Below are positions 1 through 11,320 of a DNA stretch of 64,000 nt, piece by piece. The position numbers and the translations under genes are program-made. This DNA is from Catajapyx aquilonaris (lineage: Eukaryota): contig KZ538160.1 in NCBI GenBank assembly GCA_000934665.2, positions 1-64,000 of the forward strand, given 5' to 3'. How positions within the stretch are numbered: position 1 is the first letter of the stretch; each line of letters opens with the position of its first letter. The notes beneath the pieces were generated by a model. The model worked only from the letters and a program-made list of their open reading frames with translations, searched no databases and had not been told where the DNA came from.

Positions 1-372
1 GGGTTCAATTGGATGTGGGTTTCACATATATTTTTTTAAAAAAAATCGAAGACCATGACTGGGCACCCACCGTCTGGATTGAAATGGAACCAGCCAGTAG
101 CAAGTTAAAACTAGGGAGGTTCATTGTGGTCACCCTGTATTTAAAATTTTGGTGCAAAAAGTTATTACTACCAATATACAGTAGAATGATGATGTATATC
201 AGCGTGTTCCTTTGTGGGCCGTTTTTATAACTGATATCGCCCGATATTAGTTATTATTTGTAGTTTGTGCCCCTAACCAGGTGCCCCGTTATTCTCAGGG
301 GGTCGAATATAGCAGTTGCTATAGAATGGATCACCTGGTTAGGGGCACACCAAGCCAAAAAAAAATAACTAA

Positions 373-814
373 CAATAATAATATATAACAGCCAATAATG
401 GATACCCCGTGATAGGCCTCCTTGGGCTCTTAGGGGATCGTATTTTCGTGAACTGTCTTTAATCATTGCCTGCGCTATGATGGATTTTGATTGTGGGAGG
501 AAACGGGAGAACCCCGACAAAACCCACGCGAACACGGAGAGAACCATCCGAACCATCGAAACTCTATCCACATAAGTATCCTCCGTCCGACCCGGGGGAC
601 TCGGGACCAAGGGGGTAATCACTCGACTGAAAAGTGTACACTGGAGTACCAAATTCAAGGAGTACCACGGAGTAATAAAGAGTGAGGTGCCTGAGGAGTA
701 CCAGGGAGTACCACTCCCAGGTGTACACCGGAGTACCGAAGTGATTACCCCCTTGCTCGGGACCTTAGAGGTGGAAGGCTACGGCGCTAACCACTCCGCC
801 ACTGTGTCACCCTC
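373..814 (-). mobile_element. tRNA-headed SINE, body type 1 (V-domain-like), tail type I
   Basis: Sense head gagggtgacacagTGGCGGAGTGGttagcg (A box). Core ttctctccgtgttcgcgtgggttttgtcggggttctcccgtttcctcccaca resembles the V-SINE central domain. AT-rich tail. 12-bp TSD aaaaataactaa at 361-372 and 815-826. Confidence 0.9.
608..755. mobile_element. 148-bp hAT-type MITE nested in the SINE head
   Basis: TIR caagggggtaatcact/agtgattacccccttg. 8-bp TSD ctcgggac at 600-607 and 756-763. Internal ggagtacc repeats. Confidence 0.9.
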
Positions 815-862
815 AAAAATAACTAATATCGGGAGATATCAGTTATAAAAACGACCCATGAA

Positions 863-935
863 TTTGGAACATCCTGGCATCCACTATTTCTTAATAATAA
901 TTATTAAGCAATAGTGGATGCCAGGATGTTCCAAA
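863..935. repeat. Near-perfect hairpin (26-bp arms) duplicating the MITE end in inverted orientation
   Basis: tttggaacatcctggcatccactatt ... aatagtggatgccaggatgttccaaa. Confidence 0.95.
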
Positions 936-947
936 AAGTTATTTTTG

Positions 948-1006
948 ATAAAATTTGCGCAGGCTTCAAGGCAAATTATTTTCCTTGAAGCCTGCGCAAA
1001 TTTTAT
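948..1006. repeat. Perfect hairpin, 24-bp arms
   Basis: ataaaatttgcgcaggcttcaagg / ccttgaagcctgcgcaaattttat. Confidence 0.95.
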
Positions 1007-2382
1007 ATATCACACATCTGATTTTGCCGTCCACATTTTAAATTCGTACAGTATTCAGGTAGCATATTGGTGATTTGTTAAATTGTATGGTTTCAGTCCA
1101 TCAGAATATGGAACACTAAATATTTGAAAAATTCGCACATTATTAACGCTGTAAGAATCCGCTTCGGGAAAATATTTTTGGTCAGAAAATCTGCCCCATT
1201 TTGTGAAGACAAAGCTCCTCTTTCCGAGGGCCACAATATTTCACATTAGATGGTAATGAAAAGGTGTGGGTCGTCCCCAGCGGATGATGATGGCGCAAGC
1301 CTGTAACTCGTATGAATCAAGAGCCAAAGAGGATTCATCCATCCCCCTTTTCTAGCGTACCCTCAATTGTAATTCTCCATTCCCTCCTCCCCCATTCCCC
1401 CCCGCCCTACCCCCTACCACATCCCCTTTTCCAACCCGCACCCGCACCCTCCCCCACCTCCCCTCTAACTCTTGCTTCGTTACCTTTCGCCTTCCCTTCG
1501 CCGCCCAAACATTATTAGCGCGTTAATAGTCGCATAACCAACGGGGGGAAATTTGATTATGGCTACTTCGCCAGCATGGTGGCAGGATGCCAATTTCATT
1601 TTGGAACAATTTTGCGGGGGTGGGAGTGCTACGTGGGGGCGGCGAGGGAGGAATTATAGAGACGTGGAATAAAAAAAAAATTTCAAAAAAAAGGAGAGGG
1701 GGTGGTGTTCCCCGGTTTGTGGCGAGCGAACGAGTCCAATTGGTGAGGTCAAACGGAAAATTCCGGGTGACAAATGTCGCAGGGGGGGTGTAGGAAATTA
1801 ATAACCTCCGGCATTAGGCGTCTGTTCCATTCCTCCCCAATGGCATTTCAAATCCGGGCTTCAACTCTGTTCCCATCGGGAATCACCCAATCACCTGATC
1901 AAAGGAACACTGCAACCTTCTTAAGCCACGTACCTGCCCGTTTCACACTTTATGAAATACTGTAACCCTCCCTGGCAGCCTCCAACCCTACAAGATGAGC
2001 GGAGGAATAATGCATTTGACGGTGGCGGCGAGTATTCACCGAGCCCATTAACATTAATGCTTTCCAATTGATTAGCCAGAGGGCATATTTGCTCAGGAAG
2101 CGCTCCAATTCCTGCACTGAACTCGAGCATTAATATTAGTGCGAAGGGAACTGGGGCTACCTAACTTTGACTTTCTGAGCCCTCTAGGGGTGGTAGCACG
2201 CGGACTACCGAGTATGTAGCCTACATGGAGATCCGTAACATCCTATCCTACAGATAGATCTGTAGTCAACAGCGCCATCTGGAGACAAAAAATGTAGTCG
2301 AAGCGCCACCTAGTGGCAAAAATCATCCCCCGGACACTTACCCTACAATCTTTTATCTTATCGCCCATCCCTTATCGCTTTA

Positions 2383-2750
2383 GGCCCACATGCGGCGCTT
2401 CGACTACATTTTTGCCATGGTCTTAGAATACTAAGGTCTGGACACTCCTTATCGCCTGCCGGGGCGTTTTGAATGAGGTGCTCACCTGAGAGCGCCATGA
2501 GACCTTTCACGGCGCTATTATGTAGCGGCCCTACCGGACTACGCTGAACTTTATATGTACAAAAGGGAAGCGCTACATTGGGGGACCCAACATGGTCGCC
2601 GTCGCCACATAATAGCGCCGTGCAAGGTCTCATGGCGCTCTCAGGTGAGCACCTCATGCAAAACGCCCCGGCAGGCGATAAGAGAGAGTGTCCAGACCTT
2701 AGTATTCTAAGACCATGGCAAAAATGTAGTCGAAGCGCCGCATGTGGGCC
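2383..2750. mobile_element. Foldback/MITE with about 145-bp near-identical arms
   Basis: ggcccacatgcggcgcttcgactacatttttgcc... mirrored at about 2601-2750, flanked by TA on both sides. It explains the mirror ORFs 2358-2657(-) and 2578-2850(+). Confidence 0.85.
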
Positions 2751-4275
2751 TAAAAATGAACCTCAGTACTTTGCTGGGTATGTGGATGCAATCAGGGCGA
2801 GAAGACCAGCTTCCAGGAGCCTTACTGCTTCAGGACACGGAATGCCCTGACCGATCTCTCAGGGACGATCACCTGCAGGTCGGGTCAAAGCCCAGCCGCT
2901 ATTTGGCGAGTGTATACGTGTGCTTTAATCACGAATCGATTTTTTTTTTCGGTGTTTCTGGTTGGCAGTGTGAGTGATGAGCTGGAGAGTAGTTGGTGAA
3001 GAGGGGTGGTCATGCAACCCATTCAGGTTTGGGTGTAGGGTGGGGCTGCCCATAAAGCTATTTACTGCCGGGCGAGTGGTGTTGGAGCCCACAAGACGAG
3101 CCTCGGGTTTTACTCCGCCCTAGCAGGAAATGTAATTGGCTCCGAAGCAAAGCGAGAGCCACAAGATGTTGATGATGGGAATTGGAAAGGGGGTGGTTGA
3201 AAACGGGGCAGGAAAAGGAGGGGCACCGACACTTCCTTTTGGCATATATCAACCACACTTTACACGAATCAACATCCATGCCTGGTACAGTACATACAAT
3301 TCACATGGAAAACTACTTTTGCGGATGATTTTTTTCCCCCATACTTGTATGAAAGGAACGATACAATATTGGAAAAAAAAAAGTTTCGTAACTAACTTAC
3401 ACCTGTGCGTAGCGTTTTCGGAATGTGCTGGGGTAGGCATTAAATCAGCGGCGTTACTGAATGCGGTTTTGCGCCCGGTTTTTGAAGAAGACAGGCTATG
3501 CTGGGATCGAAACGTAATTTTGAAAGCGTGATGAGGGTATAGGCGACGGATTGGTAAGATATAGTTAAATAAAGATTTTTTTTTGAAAAAAAAAAGATCA
3601 GGTGATGAAAACTTGTAGAAGTGGGAATTGATCCATGCATTAAATGTAGGTGAAATCCCGTTGGCTTAGGTAATTAAAGCGTGCAGTAGAATTAACGGCT
3701 CGGATGTGAAAGCTACCAAGCTTCAAAAATCAAATATTTGAAAGATCACGTTTCAGTGGAGGGGCCAAACATAATCTTATGAACGGGTGGGAAAAATCCC
3801 CATGGAGGAGATGAAAAATGATAGGAAATCATTTTTGTAGGGCATGGATTTTAGGGGGGGGGGGGGTTTGCTGCGCAATAGTGTCTATACTGTAGAAGGG
3901 TATAAGCTGATTGCAAAATCATTGCAAACTACCCAATTACAAAACCGTACTGGTACTGTATATCGCTATATTGATGTCGGAGGTAGATTTAATGGGAATC
4001 GCTTCTAATTAGACTTACTAGTTAGCAATATTATATGGCGCATTGGTTATGATCTTCAAAAGGAAGATCTGAAGTTTCCAGTTTCACCATTGTGCGTACA
4101 GTTCATGTCAAATACACACAGCTACAGTTATAATTCATTACGTGCAAGTACTGGAACTACTTATGTTACACGTGCCGCTTTAAGCATAATATTATAAACA
4201 CTAAAAGATTCATATTGAATTTATGTAGCGCAGGAGCAACGCAGGCCATGCCGCACCTACATGCATATTATATTA

Positions 4276-4845
4276 TGAAGGTTGGAGAAATCACTGAAAT
4301 AAATTAGTATTTCCTTACCCGGTTAGCTAAGATATTTTAACCATGCTGGAACAACATGCCTCGATAAAAAATTGAGGTTGCACGTAGCATGTCGTAGTAA
4401 TGCAGAGGAGTGTTGTTAGCCTGAAGCATATGCGGAAATCGTAGGGCCGCAATGTATTGCCATGCCGGACGACAAACGCAACCGCTTTTCATGAGTGGCT
4501 CTCCAGCACCATGTCTGCTGCACCACAATGCACTTTGTCATGTGTCAGCTTCGGTAACCGACCTTTTGGCTAAATGACAATGATAAATACTGGCATATAC
4601 CCTCCTGATCTCCTGACAAGAGTCTTTGCGACTTTGACTCTTTAACAAATGACAGTGTGGAGAGGTAAAACGAACAGTAGGGCATCGAAGACATCGAAAA
4701 GAGTCATTCATACAGATGGCATCACAGCGAACAGTTGATACAAGGGACAACGATATTACAGCGAAGTAATGTCATGGGAAATTTTAGGTTATTGCATTTA
4801 CTGCGCACAGCAAACATGTTTCCACTATTTTTCATTCAGCTCTCG
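4276..4845 (+). mobile_element. Internally deleted, decayed mariner (DD34D-type) element
   Basis: About 4515-4650 reads LLHHNALCHVSASVTDLLAK*Q**ILA, then with frameshifts PP.SP/DKSLCDFD.FNK, matching mariner LLHDNA.H...WEIL.HPPYSPD.SPCD..LF. Degenerate TIRs ta|tgaaggttggagaaa and ttttcattcagctctcg|ta. Confidence 0.8.
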
Positions 4846-5099
4846 TATTATTCATAAACAACAACAACAACATCACTCCATTTCCAAATTAAAGGGATAG
4901 TCCTCGACGTCTAAAGAGGTGAAATAAATTAACAAATACAGGCTAAACGCAGCGACACATAAATAACCAACATTCAATGCACTTCAGTACGGGGTTATAC
5001 TGTACCATTGCGAGCGGCGCAAACTGCTTTTGTGAAATATACAAGTATATGTGGAGGGTTTGAACATATGAAATGAATATAATGTCAGAGCAGATCTTA

Positions 5100-5690
5100 A
5101 GTAATTACTTCATGAGAAGTCACTTTCATTACAAATGTTGAAAATGTCAGTCGCCTGTTTCCAGGCATATTTTAAAAGTACGTAATACTAATTGGAGATA
5201 TTTCGCAAAAGCACACGAATGCCTGAGTGGAAATTACTGCAATCTCATGTTTTACATTCTCTTTTAGTTCTTCAGTTGCACCAAATAGGTACTTCTGGAT
5301 TTTAGTCAAATTAGTGAATCAATTGGATGACTATAGTAACTTTAAAAGGCTACTTCCAGCATGTCGTACAAAGTGTACTAACACATCAGATAGATTCATG
5401 CATGAATATTATTCCTAAACTAGCTTGCAAATAGGGTCACTTCGAATGGATTATGGCCACCCAAATCCAGAACTGTCCACTTCAGATTATTCTCATGGGG
5501 TCATCCGGAAGGGAAGAATGAGCTCTAACAGTGTAACAAACCCAGTGAATTGAATAATTGAAAAATTATCACATTGTGCGCAATATTGCAGTAATTTCTG
5601 GCCATGTGTTTCAGCGAACTTTTTCCAATATGCAGGACTGCCTGGGAGCCGGTGGAGGACATTTTGGCAATCACATCTTTTGGATTAGTT
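5100..5690 (+). pseudogene. Decayed Tc1/mariner transposase, rosa/DD41D-like
   Basis: Collinear frameshifted motifs: NRYFWILVKLVNQL, GYFQH, RVTSNGLWPPKS...FSWGH, FQRTFSNMQDCLGAGGGHFGNH (consensus WPPRSPDL..DFFLWG ... C...GGHF). Confidence 0.8.
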
Positions 5691-5721
5691 CTAGTAAAGC
5701 GTCATACACGGCATACATATG

Positions 5722-5759
5722 GGGTGGAATTTTCGTCGTTCGGGACGAAAATTCCACCC
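5722..5759. repeat. Perfect hairpin, 16-bp arms
   Basis: gggtggaattttcgtc gttcgg gacgaaaattccaccc. Confidence 0.9.
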
Positions 5760-7954
5760 ATGGTTTATATGTTTAAATTCTCCACTCGACAATCGACATG
5801 ACACTAACTTATTTATTCGAATGAGCTTATTCAAACATGCATATGGTGCTGTGTACAATATTTTCTTCTACGCACGTATCCGTATAGACAGAAAGCTACT
5901 ATGCAGTATATGTGTTTTGTCCTTTCCCGCTGCTTCTGTTGCTGTAATAAATTACCCTAAGTTTGCTGCATACTTTATTAAACTATACGTCATTGCAAGT
6001 CAATATTTGCGAGTCCCCTTCCTCATCCTTTCCACATAAATTGGCATTTTTGTTATTCTAACCACTCCTATATCCATATAGGTCGATTACCGATACTCTA
6101 CAGTACATTCAGTGATGCAGACAACCAAAGATTTCGCTACACAGGTGCAGGTCCTTGCTGATTTCATAACGATGCATAACTGCATTATTAGCCATGCCTT
6201 TAGTTGACAACGTCGCGTCGATTGTCCAAAAATCTATACATAAACTTTACAGTTAGGAAAACATAGTACTTGGACTGCTTATTCATCCTAAAGTTTGTTG
6301 TTGCGGTGACTATAGCTCCCCACATCCTAGACTAGTGAGTAAATAATATTCCCTATCCGTTGATACCCGAAGACCACGTACGCAAAGGCAAATTCCACAC
6401 AAAATCTCTTGAGAGAAAAAAAGAAATATCTGTACTCTATAATACCATTGCTTTTCCGGCAGTGAATCTCAAAAGTACATAATAAGTGTTCGTACCTTTC
6501 CCACTTCACGTTAACATCAAGTCTGTGCTATTCATACAATTTCCACATTTTCACAAGTGAATGCAAATATAGTAAAAAAAAATTGCTCTGAGCGAGGCTA
6601 TATTATCTCTTCCCTCCTGAGAGCAATATTCCCTGATTATATACCTGTTCAACTTCTAATCAGTTGAAGAAAATGCAACTTTCAAATAAAGGTTTCTAGC
6701 ACGCACTAACAGTCTGAAAACACTTGAAACCCCAAGACAAATTATACGCCAAAAAATGTTGATTCCGATATCGAGTTCAGCTGACAAGTTGGAAGTTGGA
6801 CGCTGATGATATCACAAAGATCTCCCCCCTTGCCTTGCCTATACCATCCCTCGTCCCTCACTTCTCCCCAGTGTTTTTGAGGTGGAAATCCCTGCAAGCT
6901 ACTTGCAACTACCACTAGTAGCAGATAGAAGGCAGACGGCGGTCACGATCCGCTCGTTAGGCCCTGCTGGCTCGTTGGCAGCTCCAGCCTCTCTCCTTCG
7001 CTACCTTCCTACCTTGCACACACTCCCTTCCAAAACACCCCTCTCTCTTTCTCCTCGGGGCCAACTCTATTCCCAACCCCATCTAATCATCTGCCTGGGA
7101 CCAGAACAAAAAGCTCACATTCTGTGCACCTATATAACCGTCGTCTCCTCAACTTTTCCTATTGGTTCTCCTTCTTCCCAAGACGCACTAGTTCATTCCT
7201 TTTTATGACACTTTCTCCTGGGTCTTATCGCATCAAGCCAGTGCTGGGTATTTAGAATGGGTTTTGTTTAGGTTATGTAGTAATGATGACATACCCGGAT
7301 CTTGCAGCGTACTGGTAATGTACAGTGATTGCAATGCACAAGACTAAAAATGGAGCAGACTTCAGCGATTGCCAGAATTGTGTCCTTCAAGAGAGCCCTC
7401 GTTTCGGAAGCAGCTGATGGCTGCGTCAATGGCATGAGGTATCAAGCGGTGGCGGTCGAGGGATGAGAGTCGATGGTAGATCAGAGCAGAGACATCGTCT
7501 GGCAAGATGACAGCGAAACAAAAAAGCAAAAGCAAAAGGCGCCAGGCGGCATTTGCGTCAGTGAAAGTGGCAGAAACGTGGTAATAAGTAGGCGGCGAAT
7601 ATCTATCAATGGAACGTGATGTCGATGACAGTTGGCTTATACAGTCGTTGCTTCCCTGGCCGTCTTTCAAAAGCTGTCGTGGCGAGACTCCAAGATGTTT
7701 TATGCTGAGTGTCAACGTCACCTCTGCTCCCAGACACCAACCAGCTCCCCTTAGATATATCTGGCATCGATTCTCGACATCTTCCACACTCCTCTCTCCG
7801 AATCTGCCCGTCGAGCCCTCTTTACCCTCCTTTAAACACGGCCAATTGCATTGCAACGTGATTTAGAAACATCCTTTTGTGGGAATAAAAGCTAATGAAA
7901 TCCAATTTGCCGCAATAACAGATTTGCAAAAAAAAAAAAAAAAAAAAAAAAAAA

Positions 7955-8155
7955 NNNNNNNNNNNNNNNNNNNNNNNNNNNNNNNNNNNNNNNNNNNNNN
8001 NNNNNNNNNNNNNNNNNNNNNNNNNNNNNNNNNNNNNNNNNNNNNNNNNNNNNNNNNNNNNNNNNNNNNNNNNNNNNNNNNNNNNNNNNNNNNNNNNNNN
8101 NNNNNNNNNNNNNNNNNNNNNNNNNNNNNNNNNNNNNNNNNNNNNNNNNNNNNNN
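7955..8155. other. Assembly gap between poly-A and poly-C runs
   Basis: Run of N. Confidence 1.
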
Positions 8156-9406
8156 CCCCCCCCCCCCCGCCCCCCCAACCAGCCTGTTCCCCACCCCCAC
8201 CGAGTTGGACATGGGGGCCAGGGGAAGATCCCTAGGGCGTCGTCCCAGCGGCCCATGACTCACCACGGTGGCCCTAATCTCATTTCTGGCCTGGGATCCG
8301 CTCTAATGTGCCACAGCCAGCCGCAAAAAGCCACCAAAGCTGTTCCTCCAACAAGGACTCTCTTCACTTCACCTGCTCTTTGCCATCTCACTTCGTTACG
8401 GATTGACTCACTGAACAAATATAATATTGGTAATGTCATCGATGGGACAGTGACCCGAGAGAGGTCATGCTGGGAAAAAAAAGGAAAAGCTGGGCCAGAT
8501 TTGAGGACAGAGACACCAGAGTTGGGGAAAAGGCGAAAAGTTAGCTGGGCTATTATTCCCAGATGCTTCTTGGGAGGCAGCTTCATCGTCAGTCACTATT
8601 CGGGTGTAATCACATGAAAATGGAGCGAATTTGGGGCATCAGTCTTGCGGAATAGGTACTTTGAAGGCTCCCCACGCGCTGGAATATCCCCCTGAATATT
8701 GCTCCATATTTCTACCCTGATGAACGCCTCCTGCGCCATGGCTCCCCACTCCCCAGAATGCACCTACACATCTGTAACCCTCCTCTCTCTCTCTTGCTCA
8801 AGTTCGCATGCGCCCAAACTTGCATTTTTTGGGGAATTCTGCACAATAGTTCCCCTTTTGCATGTGCGTAAAAAGTCCGTCATTTCATTGGAAATAAAGC
8901 TGGTTCTCGTGTATCAACGCTGAAAACTCTTTTTTTTTCGGATAAAAATTCGGCCACCGGAATGCGAATACATAGTTTCCATACCAGCTTGAAAAACAGG
9001 ATTACGAAACGCAAACACTGTTTACATTTAAGTTCACATGCAAACAAGAGTTGGTGAACAAAAAACGACCGGGGCAATTTGGTAGAAATATGAGCTAATC
9101 CCTCTCCATGTGCACAAACACAAACGTACTCCAAAGCGAGAGTCCTGAAATCCGATATTATTTCTGAGACCAAAATTTACTAAGCGCTCTCAAATATCGC
9201 TTGACACTTACGTCAACTCAACGCTTTTTTATTATAATTTTTCTGAGGGTTTTTACCATTTCACTAACACTGCTGAAAAAGGCGCCAAGAGTTGGGGTTA
9301 TAATAATAGCGGTTATGATCATTTCATAATGGAAATTATAATAAATAAACTTGGAAATGGCATGAAACGTGTAACTTTACAATATCCCGAATAAAATTGC
9401 TTAATA

Positions 9407-9718
9407 CAGGGTGTCTAAACTTTTTTGTCTGAACAGTTATCGGCGTACCTGCTACTTTGTAAGCAGTGACTTGCAAACGGTGATTTGTCGGAGGAACGGG
9501 GAATATTCCAGGTTGAAGTGGCAGACGCGTGCTGCCCGCTGAAAATTGAGGGTCAAGCCGGGAAAAAAGAGGGTCACACATACCATGGGATGTGTGACCC
9601 TCTTTTTCCCCATTTCCCATTCCTCCAATAAATCACCGGTTGCAAGTCACTGCTTACAAAGTAGCAGCTACGTGCAATTTTCCGATAACTCTCCGTACAA
9701 AAAAGTTGAAACACCCTA
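9407..9718. mobile_element. MITE family B (Tc1/mariner-type ends), copy 1
   Basis: ta|cagggtgtctaaacttttttgt ... acaaaaaagttgaaacaccct, with inner IR gctactttgtaagcagtgacttgcaa/ttgcaagtcactgcttacaaagtagc. Second copy at 28787-28998. Confidence 0.9.
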
Positions 9719-10883
9719 TGTCCATCCTGGAGCGGTGTATTTATGGGATTCAATTATCACGTGGCTATATAGTTTCTCGCCGGAAATTTAAACAATTTGT
9801 ACGCCCGCACAGCTATTGCTTAATTAGTGTGTAACAATTACATGGCATATAAAAAGCCATTTCAAGACTGTAATGACCACCGCAATCCAGATCTCTACAG
9901 TGCCGCATTTGCATTGTGAAGCCATGGGCAATGCCGGTTAATTAAAATGATGCTTAGAGAATTAACTCTCCCTCTTTTACAATGATTGGGGTCTAGGATA
10001 TTGGATTTTCACATTGCCCTACGGTAACCTTTATTTATAGAATATGCTCAGCCCAGGCTACGAATACACCTCAACACCGGCTTTATGCTTTTGACAGGGC
10101 ACTTTCGCCTGATCAAGTTTCGTGAGAAAACACTCCTCTTCCAACGCTACCTAGCCTCATCAGATGATGCATTCCCTTGTTAAAAGCCCCATTTTGTGTG
10201 TATGGTTCATCTTCACTCCAAATCCAACCAAAGTGCCCTATTGTATAGAGAAAGCATTAAGGCCTCTCTCTCTCTCCCTCTCTCCTGCTTACAACCTATA
10301 CTGACACGGACAAAATGATACATCAAATAGCAGCCTTCAGATTGAAGTAAAGTCTAATGGACGTGAAATGTAAAGTGAGGAGAGAATGAATAGGGGGAAG
10401 GGGTGAGGGGTGCAAGAGAGGCAGCATCTGTGGTGAGCAGCAATTTGTCAGTTGGCTTCTTGTACTGCAAAACCCCCAAAGGTAATGCGGAAGGGAGCGT
10501 TGGGTGGTGGGAGGTCTCCCCGCCACCCCCTTCCTCCCCACCATTCTGGCTGACGGATTGCCCTTGAGCCAGTCCTGCAGCCAGGAACAAAAGGCCCAAG
10601 AGTGCCCATCTGCCACACTACTAAGTGCATGCCAGACACTCTGTCTTTCTACCTGCCCACTTGTTTCACATCTACCTTTCCCTTTTCCACTTACCGTCAT
10701 GGCTTTCATAATTATCAAGATATAACGTGGGTAATGGATGTCACGACTACCAAGACAGGGAGCTTACGAATCAATAAGAATTTGGTAAGGCAGGCGGCGG
10801 CGGCTTGTCTTAGGAAATTACGTAATTTGTAGCGCCCAGGGTGGTAAGCTACTTTTCATTAAGTGGTTCATGGGGAAAATGAA

Positions 10884-11066
10884 AGTGAGATATGACCTTT
10901 CTAGGTCATTACTCCTCACCCCGCAGTCACTCAGGGTCGTGGTCCAATTACATACAGGTTGCCAACAACCATCCTCGCACGAGGCTGTCTCACGACTGAC
11001 TATACAATTTCAAGCTTCCCCACAGGTCCAGCACTAGACAACCTGCCATCTAGTGGGGACGTCACA
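10884..11066 (-). mobile_element. Diverged solo LTR, same family as 22064-22272
   Basis: Sense tgtgacgtccccactagatggcagg...ttggaccacgaccctgagtgactgcggggtgaggagtaatgacctagaaaggtcatatctcac aligns by eye with the 22064 copy. No TSD recognisable. Confidence 0.75.
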
Positions 11067-11259
11067 ATTTTTAATATTAGCTGGACTTTTACACCATGTA
11101 CTTGTATTTCAATTGTGCTTATCAATAAATATTCAATCGGAGGAGATATGGCGCGTTTAGCTACATAACGACGATCCTTATCACCACCACCAACATCAGC
11201 ATAACATTCACTTGGAACTATTCCATCAGAGGTCAAGAGTTGAACCCATTAATTTCGGG

Positions 11260-11320
11260 ATTGACGACTGATTGCAGTAAGGAGGGAGGATGGCCCTCCT
11301 TACTGCAATCAGTCGTCAAT
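11260..11320. repeat. Perfect hairpin, 27-bp arms, 7-nt loop
   Basis: attgacgactgattgcagtaaggaggg aggatgg ccctccttactgcaatcagtcgtcaat. Confidence 0.95.

Larger units (their letters stand above)
200..876. mobile_element. MITE family A (Tc1/mariner-type ends), copy 1, interrupted by a SINE
   Basis: Inverted arms cag(c/g)gtgttcc...tttttataactgatatc / gatatcagttataaaaacgacccatgaatttggaacatcctg, plus inner IR tgcccctaaccaggtg/cacctggttaggggca. Homologous copies at 48966-49198, 58770-59452 and 32259-32338. Confidence 0.9.

Noticed and set aside
2358..2850. Near-identical ORFs on opposite strands (also 59176-59625, 61080-61478, 28844-29165)
   Set aside because: Artefacts of palindromic MITEs.
7822..8266. 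ORFs spanning X runs
   Set aside because: They cross an assembly gap.
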